Source of the DNA: Eubacteriales bacterium
GTDB taxonomy: Bacteria; Bacillota; Clostridia; Oscillospirales; CAG-272
Reading direction: 5' to 3'
DNA: 64,000 nt
Assembly: GCA_045612665.1 (NCBI GenBank)
Contig: JAZKZO010000004.1
Span: 1,418-65,417, forward strand
A program made the position numbers and the translations under genes. Below the pieces are notes generated by a model, which was given only the letters and a program-made list of their open reading frames with translations, was not told where the DNA came from and did no database searches. The first letter of the stretch is position 1; each line of letters begins with the position of its first letter. Below, in pieces: positions 56,868 to 64,000 of the stretch.

Positions 56868-59003
56868 TTAGAATATGTAAGTACCCTTTTCAACGATTTG
56901 TGATTTGCCGTCGATTATAACCGTGGTTCTGACAGGCGTTACGATTTCATATCTGATTTTGCCGTTATCGTGATACCATTTGGAACTTACAAGACCGTGT
57001 CTTGTCATAATTGAAGCACTTAAATGGTCAAGCTTGTCGGTTGGATGCGGATTTATTACAATCTCCTCAAATCCCGGTTTTTCATCAACCGTTTGAATTC
57101 CGCAGGCCACACCGTAAACCCAGTCAGCCACACTACCGTATGCATAGTGGTTAAACGAGTTCATATCCTTGGACCAAAATTCGCCGTTATCGTTTATTCC
57201 GTCCCAGTGCTCCCAAATCGTGGTAGCGCCCTGCTTAACGGAATATAGCCATGACGGAAACTCCTCTTGTAAAAGCAAATCGTATGCGAGCTCCGTGTAG
57301 CCGTTTTGTGATAATGCGTGTAGTAGATAAGGTGAGCCAACGAATCCTGTTTTGAGCCTTCTGCCGTTTTCTATAATCATATTTGCAAGCTTGTCGGCAA
57401 TCGCCTTTTTGTCAAGCGCAAAATCAAAATAGAGAGCAATTACGCATTCGGTTTGTGTGTTGAATTCGGTGAATTTCTTTCTTCCTGTTTCCAAAATTTT
57501 CTCATGGAGCTTCTCGTATTTCGATACGTTTTTGCCAAGCACCTTGCCCGCCTTGATAACAAGACTTGTCGCATAGGCATAGAAAATCGTAGCAATAATG
57601 TCAGGGTCGCTTGAGCCCTTGTAGCTGCCTGCAGGCGCATCAAGTCCGAGCCAATCGCCAAAGTGCCAGCATCCGTACCAAAGATACTTTTCCTTTGTAA
57701 GTCTGCCAATCTCGTCTACGTATGCGCACATAGACTTAAACTGTCTTGCAAGAATTTTCTTGTTGGCATATGTTAGGTAAATTTGCCAAGGACATACTGT
57801 TGAAGCGTCACTCCAAACCGCAGTTGAGCTTCCGGGCTTTTCGTGTACCTGAGGAACGCAGAAGGGAACCAACCCCTCACGCTTTTGCTCAAGACGAAGG
57901 TCCTCAAGCCACTTGTCAAAGAACTTTTCTACGTCATAGTTGTATGATGCGGTTTTTATAAACACCTGCGCATCACCTGTCCAGCCGAGTCTTTCATCTC
58001 TTTGAGGACAGTCGGTAGGAACATCAAGGAAGTTGCCCTTTTGTCCCCAAATTATATTTGAAAATAGCTTGTTGAGTAGTGGACTTGACGAGCTTAGATA
58101 TCCCGTTCTCTTTAAATTGGAATGAAGCACGATTGCCTTTATGCTGTCCTTTGTAACCTCGCAAGGAAACTCGTCAACACGAATGTATCTGAATCCCCAA
58201 AAGCATAGCTTCGGCTTGTATACCTGATGCCCGTCATCACAAACGTAATCGAATTTCGCCTTCGCACTACGGTAGTTTTCCGTATAGAAATTGCCTTCCT
58301 TGTCAAGCACCTCGGCAACGGAAAGAGAAACCCTGTCGCCCCTCTTTGCATCAAGACTGATTTCAAAATATCCCGTCATATCTTGACCGAAGTCGATAAC
58401 GGTCTCACCCTTAGGGGTCTTAAAGATGCTTTGAGGATAAATTACCTCTTGCTCCTTGACGATTTCACCCTGTTGCTTAACCACCTTGAATTCGTGATAA
58501 TCCTGCACCTTTACAGGGCCGAATTTCTCCTCGTAGGTGGCATCGTAGCTCTCACCGTCATAAATGTCGGAGAACGTAATTTTGCTAAGAGAGCATTCCC
58601 AGCTCTCGTCCGAGTAAACGTATTCCTTGGAGCCGTCCTTGTATACAACCTCGATTTCGCAAATCAATGCAGGGTAAACGTCGGGAAGCTCAAGTCTTGT
58701 TCTTATGTTGATTCTGCCGTTAAACCAAGCAGAGGAAAGAGTAGCCCTGATTTCATTTTCGCCCTTTATCATATGAGTGATGTCGTATACTTGCATTTGC
58801 GCACGCTTGTAGTACGTCCAACCGGGTGCTAAAATAAAATCACCGATTCTTTCGCCGTTAAGCTCGGCATAATAACAACCGAGAGAAGTGATTTTCAAGG
58901 TCGCTTTTTTAATTTCCTTGGAAGCAGTAAATTTCTTCTTGAATACAGGACAGGTGTAGTCCTCTTTGGTAGGATATGAAATCCAAAGCGAATTATCTAA
59001 CAT
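56868..59003 (-). CDS. Glycoside hydrolase family 78 alpha-L-rhamnosidase
   Basis: 711 aa. The N-terminal region (PVFKKKF...GCYYAELNGERIGDFILAPGWTYY) and the DCPQRDERLGWTGDAQVF motif are characteristic of GH78. Confidence 0.85.
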   Translation of the reverse strand: MLDNSLWISYPTKEDYTCPVFKKKFTASKEIKKATLKITSLGCYYAELNGERIGDFILAPGWTYYKRAQMQVYDITHMIKGENEIRATLSSAWFNGRINIRTRLELPDVYPALICEIEVVYKDGSKEYVYSDESWECSLSKITFSDIYDGESYDATYEEKFGPVKVQDYHEFKVVKQQGEIVKEQEVIYPQSIFKTPKGETVIDFGQDMTGYFEISLDAKRGDRVSLSVAEVLDKEGNFYTENYRSAKAKFDYVCDDGHQVYKPKLCFWGFRYIRVDEFPCEVTKDSIKAIVLHSNLKRTGYLSSSSPLLNKLFSNIIWGQKGNFLDVPTDCPQRDERLGWTGDAQVFIKTASYNYDVEKFFDKWLEDLRLEQKREGLVPFCVPQVHEKPGSSTAVWSDASTVCPWQIYLTYANKKILARQFKSMCAYVDEIGRLTKEKYLWYGCWHFGDWLGLDAPAGSYKGSSDPDIIATIFYAYATSLVIKAGKVLGKNVSKYEKLHEKILETGRKKFTEFNTQTECVIALYFDFALDKKAIADKLANMIIENGRRLKTGFVGSPYLLHALSQNGYTELAYDLLLQEEFPSWLYSVKQGATTIWEHWDGINDNGEFWSKDMNSFNHYAYGSVADWVYGVACGIQTVDEKPGFEEIVINPHPTDKLDHLSASIMTRHGLVSSKWYHDNGKIRYEIVTPVRTTVIIDGKSQIVEKGTYIF

Positions 59004-59033
59004 AAATATGCTCCTTATTTTGTATCTGATGAT

Positions 59034-59062
59034 ATTCTATCATAAAAACCTTAAAAAGTCAA
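59034..59062 (-). promoter_or_regulatory. Sigma-A promoter of the GH78 gene
   Basis: Minus strand: TTGACT (59062-59057), 17 nt, TAGAAT (59039-59034). Confidence 0.55.
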
Positions 59063-59067
59063 TTGAT

Positions 59068-59212
59068 GTGCGAAATTAGAACGAAAAAAGCACTCCAATC
59101 GGAGTGCTTTCGCTTTGCTGGTGAGCCAAGGGTAACCGACGAGGAATAATTAAATAAAAAAGGCACTCAACCGAGTGCCTTTTGCTTTGCTTGTGAGCGT
59201 GAAATTAGAATC
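59068..59212. repeat. Duplicated 43-nt hairpin-plus-tail module (59084-59126 and 59155-59198) bracketed by a GYGAAATTAGAA direct repeat
   Basis: Direct comparison of the two copies. Hairpins agcactcc-aatc-ggagtgct and aggcactc-aacc-gagtgcct. The tails TTYGCTTTGCTKGTGAGC match 19/21. Confidence 0.7.
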
Positions 59213-59262
59213 TTTTTCTTAAAATTCAAGACTTGCTTGATTAAAAATCAATCTTGAGGCTA

Positions 59263-59291
59263 TTGACTGTTATTTAAAATGATGCTATAAT
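59263..59291 (+). promoter_or_regulatory. Sigma-A promoter of the AraC-family gene
   Basis: TTGACT (59263-59268), 17 nt, TGcTATAAT with TATAAT at 59286-59291. Confidence 0.6.
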
Positions 59292-59337
59292 AAAGTCGAA
59301 TGATACAAAACAGATTTTAACTGCTATGGAGGAGAAA

Positions 59338-60114
59338 ATGGTTTCATATAACGATTTCTTTGTTGGTCGAATTTATGCAGTTGTGAAAAAAACAGAAAGC
59401 GAGGGCTTTCGGTTTGAAAACAGATCAAGAGAGTGGGACGGCTTTGTGCTTTTTATAGATTGCGAAGGGAGCTTTGCCGATGACAAGGGCAACACCTATC
59501 CGTGCTCGCCGGGGGACGTAGTGCTTCTTGGCCGAGGATATCACTATAATATAGAGCTTCCTAACGGTGGGACGTATATTACCTCTGCCTTTGATATCCA
59601 TTTTGACGGCTTTGAGAAGGAGCGCGTTTTTCCTAGAATTTTGCATTTGAACGCAAAAAACATTGAGCGCTTTGATGAAATTGAAAGGACGTTTCTCTCA
59701 CACGAGGAGAATTCCGTTGTGCAAAGTAGAATTTTGCTTACAAGCCTATATGTTGAGCTTTTGAGCATGATAGAGCCACAGGCGAATTTGGCAAATAAGG
59801 ATGCGATAGCTGCTGAAAAAATTGTGAGAAAAACGTTTAGAGAAAATCTATCAGTTGATGATATTGCAAGGCAATGCAATGTCAGTACCTCATATTTGCG
59901 CGCGTGCTTTTTGCGCACCTATGGAATGTCGATTACTCGTTATCGTGAGAGGCTCAGAATTGAAGAGGCGGAAATTCTTATTCGCAGTGGCTTTTTTAAG
60001 CTTCATGAAATAGCGGAGCAGCTTGGCTATTGCGATATATTTCACTTCACTAAAAATTTCACAAAGGCAAAAGGGGTTTCACCGTCAAGGTATCGTGAGG
60101 CGTATCGGCAGTGA
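59338..60114 (+). CDS. AraC-family transcriptional regulator (cupin-like sensor plus HTH)
   Basis: C-terminal AraC HTH (LSVDDIARQCNVSTSYLRACFLRTYGMSITRYR...LGYCDIFHFTKNFTKAKGVSPSRYR). I prefer ATG 59338, which follows ggaggag; the track ATG 59326 precedes the RBS. Confidence 0.85.
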   Translation: MVSYNDFFVGRIYAVVKKTESEGFRFENRSREWDGFVLFIDCEGSFADDKGNTYPCSPGDVVLLGRGYHYNIELPNGGTYITSAFDIHFDGFEKERVFPRILHLNAKNIERFDEIERTFLSHEENSVVQSRILLTSLYVELLSMIEPQANLANKDAIAAEKIVRKTFRENLSVDDIARQCNVSTSYLRACFLRTYGMSITRYRERLRIEEAEILIRSGFFKLHEIAEQLGYCDIFHFTKNFTKAKGVSPSRYREAYRQ

Positions 60115-60238
60115 ATACGATCGTTTGATACAAAACAAAAAGTCGTTTGGTTTATTTAACCGTGCGACTTTTTTTGTTATAATACAATTGAAGAAGTATA
60201 TTATAAATAATTTACTAGCGATTTTCAAGGAGACTATA

Positions 60239-62140
60239 ATGCTGAAATTTGAATCCGTTTTGTTGCTTTCAGCAGATTTGCCGAAGGAATCTGAAATTCC
60301 CGATATAAAAAGCGACAAATCCCTTCCGACCTTTAAGCTAAACGAAAATATACCCGACAATAACGGTCTTTACATAGGTCAAGGAATGGTGCCGTCCGTG
60401 CTTCCTTACAAAATGCAATCTATTTATGATAGAGAATTAAAGGAGCATAAATATCCTGCGGCTATTTTAGAAAACGAATATATACGCGCAACCTTTTTGC
60501 CAACTCTTGGCGGTAGGCTTTGGTCGCTTTACGATAAGAAGCTAAAAAAAGAACTGCTATATAAAAACAAGGCTGTCATCTTTGCTAATCTTGCCCTGCG
60601 CAATGCCTGGTTTGCCGGTGGCGTAGAATGGAACATAGGCGTTAGAGGTCATTCGCATTTTACCTGCTCACCGCTATTCGCTTGCCGTGAAATCAACTCT
60701 AACGGTGATGAAATATTAAAAATGTACGAGTACGAGGCAATACGAGGACTCGCCTACGTTATTCGGGCAGGATTATATAAGAATTCCTTGCGTATCAATA
60801 TTTCTATTGAAAATACAAGACAAGCACCGACGTACGTTTATTGGTGGTCGAATATTGCTATCCCTCAAGAAAAAGAAACACGAGTGCTTGTGCCAGCTAA
60901 TAAAAGCTATATAACCACTTATAAAAACGGTGGCTATGAAATATCCTATGACGACATACCTGTAATTGACGGAAACGATATTTCTTATCCTGCGAATGCA
61001 AAGGTAGCCAAGGATTACTTTTTGGATATTCCAAAAGAAAATAAAAAGTGGATTGCAGCAATCGAAAAGGACGGAACGGGACTTTTGCAACAATCCGACA
61101 AGGCTCTTATTGGCAGAAAGCTTTTTGTTTGGGGCAATACCGAGGGTGGCAAGCATTGGAACGATTGGCTAACTGACGGTGGTGAATATGCCGAAATTCA
61201 GGCAGGACTTGCCAAAACTCAATTTGAGCATATTTCGATGAATGCACGGCAAATTATTTCTTGGAACGAATGCTATCAAGCGGTTACCGTAAAGAACGGA
61301 AGCGCTGATTATAATGACCTGTGCAAGGAAATAGACAGCTTGGCACACGATTGCAATTTTAGAGGATTTTTTGATATAAAGGAAGCCTCAGAGCCGACAA
61401 TTTACGGCTCGGAGCGTGGCGCTTTGGCAAAAATGCTTGAGCCAAGGGAAGCTCCCACAATATGTGAATTCCCAAAGCTGACGGACAAAAATAATTATTT
61501 TGCTACCTTGATAAATCAAGAGCCTACGCCAAAGACACCAAAACTTGAATATTCCATTGACGCAAGGTATTTAAGCTTGATTGATAAAAAAGCTCAAAAG
61601 AATTATTTTGATTACTATATGAGCGGTGCAATAGCCGTTAGCAATAATATGCTAAAGCGTGCAGAGTCGGATTTCTTGGCAGTAAAGGGAGAGTACGAGC
61701 ATCTTGCGCTTGCTTGCCTTGCACAAATCGAGGTCAACTTGAAGGATAATATTCAAAAAGGATATGAATATATTTCCAAAGCCGTGAGCTTAAAAAGCGA
61801 TATTGCGCTACTTGTTTTGTACGGAGAGATTGCTATAAAGGCTAAACAATATAAAGACCTTTTGACCTTGTCCGAGGGTATATCAAACGGTCGTATACAA
61901 ATGTACCGTGCAAAATGCTTCGTAGAATTAGGGGAGCTTGCAAAAGCCAAGGCAATTCTTTCTGATAGCCTTGTAATTCCCGATATTAGAGAGGGAGAGT
62001 ATTCTATTTCTGCAATTTGGTGCGAGCTTTACCGTCGTATAATCGCAAGCGACGATGGGCGAGAATATGAGAAAATTACCGAAAAAGAGACTTTAGAAAA
62101 ATATCCTATTCCGTATAAGCTTGATTTTAGAATGCATTAA
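60239..62140 (+). CDS. DUF5107-domain protein with C-terminal TPR-like region
   Basis: Start at ATG 60239 (aaggag RBS); the track start overlaps the AraC gene. LGGRLWSLYDKKLKKELLYKNKAVIFANLALRNAWFAGGVEWNIG matches my recollection of the DUF5107 core. Confidence 0.65.
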   Translation: MLKFESVLLLSADLPKESEIPDIKSDKSLPTFKLNENIPDNNGLYIGQGMVPSVLPYKMQSIYDRELKEHKYPAAILENEYIRATFLPTLGGRLWSLYDKKLKKELLYKNKAVIFANLALRNAWFAGGVEWNIGVRGHSHFTCSPLFACREINSNGDEILKMYEYEAIRGLAYVIRAGLYKNSLRINISIENTRQAPTYVYWWSNIAIPQEKETRVLVPANKSYITTYKNGGYEISYDDIPVIDGNDISYPANAKVAKDYFLDIPKENKKWIAAIEKDGTGLLQQSDKALIGRKLFVWGNTEGGKHWNDWLTDGGEYAEIQAGLAKTQFEHISMNARQIISWNECYQAVTVKNGSADYNDLCKEIDSLAHDCNFRGFFDIKEASEPTIYGSERGALAKMLEPREAPTICEFPKLTDKNNYFATLINQEPTPKTPKLEYSIDARYLSLIDKKAQKNYFDYYMSGAIAVSNNMLKRAESDFLAVKGEYEHLALACLAQIEVNLKDNIQKGYEYISKAVSLKSDIALLVLYGEIAIKAKQYKDLLTLSEGISNGRIQMYRAKCFVELGELAKAKAILSDSLVIPDIREGEYSISAIWCELYRRIIASDDGREYEKITEKETLEKYPIPYKLDFRMH

Positions 62141-62152
62141 AGGAGAATGAAA

Positions 62153-64000
62153 ATGAAAATTCCAAGCCCATTTATACCTGTAAGAGTAAGAACTGAAAAT
62201 TTCACTCATAGGGTAGAAATTGTAGATAAAAGCTATTCCTTTGGCGCTGACGGAATGATTTGCTCTATGAGAGTTGGCGAAAATGAGCTTTTATCCTCGC
62301 CTATGCGTCTTGTTATGGAAGAGGACACAGAAATATCCGAGTTCGAAAACGACTATGAAAATAACGAAAGCGAAAGCTTTATTCAAAGTAGGTCGGATGA
62401 AAAGGCTATCATTTGCGGATGCAAGCAATCCAAGCGCTTTATTGTGGATTTTTGTTCAACAGTTCACTTCGACGGCTCCTGTGATATTGATTTAAAGCTT
62501 ATGCCAAAGGGATTGACCGTTGCACAGGCTTTAGGCGTTGGAGAGATAAAACCGTTAAATTTCAAGTTAGACAAGCTTTGGCTTGAAATACCGCTAAAAA
62601 AAGAGCTTTTCCAGCTTTATCATATGTACCCGGGTGGAGAAAAATATTGCTATGACGGAAGCGTTATAAAAAGCTCCTCAACCTCGGGTAGCGGAAAAAT
62701 ACCAAGGGACGGCTTTCACATACCCTTTAAACCGATTTTGTGGCTAGGAAATGATGAGCTTGGCCTTGGTTGGTTTGCGGAAAATAACCGCTTTTGGCAA
62801 AATGATGATGGTAAAAAGTCAATAGAAATTATTTCAACTGAAAATGAAGTGATACTTCGTGTGAGATTGTTGGATAGCCATCCGAAAGCGTGGGACGGCA
62901 ACACGGAAAGGGGATATGAGAATTTTGTCCCGATTGATTTCCATTTTGGATTTCATTTGACACCCGTTAAGCCTTATCCAAAAAACCCATATATACATAA
63001 CGCGCTTCATTTGGATTGTGGCATTAAGATTAAGGGCAATTATAGGGACTTTTTAAGCCATGATAACCGATTTGATAAATTAAAGGAAAAGGGCGTAGAT
63101 ACTCTTATCTTGCACGAAAAATGGAACAAGTCCCAAAACTTTTTCGAGTTGTCAGAATACACGGAGGCTCAGCTTAAATACATCGTGGACGAGTGCCACA
63201 AAAGAGGAATTAAGGTTTACACCTATTTCGGCTACGAAATATCAACAATGTCAACTGCATGGAGTCAGATATCAAGCAAGGTTGTCAACAAAAATAAAGA
63301 GGGCAAATACGGCGGTGGCTGGTGGCGCGTGCCTTATCAAAGGGCGCTTTCCGTATGCTATAATAGCGACTATTCCGATTATTTTGTTGACGGTATTGCA
63401 AAAATAATGGACGACTGCAATATTGATGGAATTTATTTGGATAGCACCGCTAATCCAAGGCTGTGCTACAATACCGAACACGGCTGTGGCTGGTATGATA
63501 GCGATGGAACGCTTCAAGGAAGCTATCCTATAAACGCCATAAGAGAGCTTTTTAAAAAGCTATATAAGGCAGTCAAATCAAGAGGCGGACATATAAACGT
63601 TCATATGTATGGGCTCTTAAATTTCACGGTTTTGCCTTACATTGACCAAATTTGGTGTGGAGAAACCTTGCAATCCGAGCTGATGCAGGGTAAAATGACT
63701 CATATCGACCTTGATTTCTTCCGCACGGAATACACGGGAAAAAATATGGGCGTGCCTACTGAATTTTTAGCATACGAAAGACGACCGTATTGGAATTTTG
63801 ACGATGCAATCTCTTGTGCATTATTGCACGGAATATTGCCACGACCTAACGATATTGAATATCCTTTAGAGCTTATGAGCAGGGTGTGGAAAATTTTTGA
63901 TGCTTTTCCTATTACAAGCTCCGTATGGATGCCATATTGGAAAAACAATGCGTCCTCGTCGAATGAAATGGTAAAAATAAGCTACTATAAATACACAGCC
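62153..64000 (+). CDS. Putative glycoside-hydrolase-like TIM-barrel protein, family uncertain (C-terminus beyond the window end)
   Basis: Open frame from ATG 62153 (aaaggag 7 nt upstream) to the window edge, absent from the ORF track because it is truncated. My translation is MKIPSPFIPVRVRTENF...GVDTLILHEKWN...IDGIYLDS...; its position in the glycan locus is the main support. Confidence 0.5.
   Translation, partial: MKIPSPFIPVRVRTENFTHRVEIVDKSYSFGADGMICSMRVGENELLSSPMRLVMEEDTEISEFENDYENNESESFIQSRSDEKAIICGCKQSKRFIVDFCSTVHFDGSCDIDLKLMPKGLTVAQALGVGEIKPLNFKLDKLWLEIPLKKELFQLYHMYPGGEKYCYDGSVIKSSSTSGSGKIPRDGFHIPFKPILWLGNDELGLGWFAENNRFWQNDDGKKSIEIISTENEVILRVRLLDSHPKAWDGNTERGYENFVPIDFHFGFHLTPVKPYPKNPYIHNALHLDCGIKIKGNYRDFLSHDNRFDKLKEKGVDTLILHEKWNKSQNFFELSEYTEAQLKYIVDECHKRGIKVYTYFGYEISTMSTAWSQISSKVVNKNKEGKYGGGWWRVPYQRALSVCYNSDYSDYFVDGIAKIMDDCNIDGIYLDSTANPRLCYNTEHGCGWYDSDGTLQGSYPINAIRELFKKLYKAVKSRGGHINVHMYGLLNFTVLPYIDQIWCGETLQSELMQGKMTHIDLDFFRTEYTGKNMGVPTEFLAYERRPYWNFDDAISCALLHGILPRPNDIEYPLELMSRVWKIFDAFPITSSVWMPYWKNNASSSNEMVKISYYKYTA

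Overview
This 64-kb segment looks like the chromosome of a low-GC Gram-positive, Clostridia-type organism. Supporting signs are near-consensus TTGACA-17-TATAAT promoters, GGAGG-type RBSs, an IspH-S1 fusion gene and a T-box leader on valS. I call about 52 CDS and 2 tRNAs. Housekeeping genes (valS, asnS, glnA, cysK, azlCD, cmk-plsC-ispH/rpsA, two ABC-F ATPases, a DinG/XPD-like helicase) are interleaved with many glycan-degradation genes: GH38, GH27, GH43, two GH2, GH31, GH78, DUF5107, esterases and two tandem SGNH hydrolases. There are also two BspA-type LRR surface proteins. I see no transposase, integrase, phage gene, CRISPR array, cas gene or recognisable defence system, and no protein-coding cluster that I can defend as a new system. 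The unexplained signal is non-coding. Two arrays of short stem-loops (12012-12230 and 14402-14470) keep their linkers and closing base pairs but have different, compensated inner stems in every unit. They bracket a two-gene islet (Pol-beta-type nucleotidyltransferase plus alpha/beta hydrolase) just downstream of a tRNA-Leu/tRNA-fMet pair. Other oddities are a 31-bp perfect inverted repeat 5.8 kb apart, reused terminator hairpin families, and a duplicated terminator-bearing module between the GH78 and AraC promoters. All functional readings of these are hypotheses. The two edge-truncated CDS (1-2771 minus, 62153-64000 plus) are absent from the ORF track and come from my own translation.
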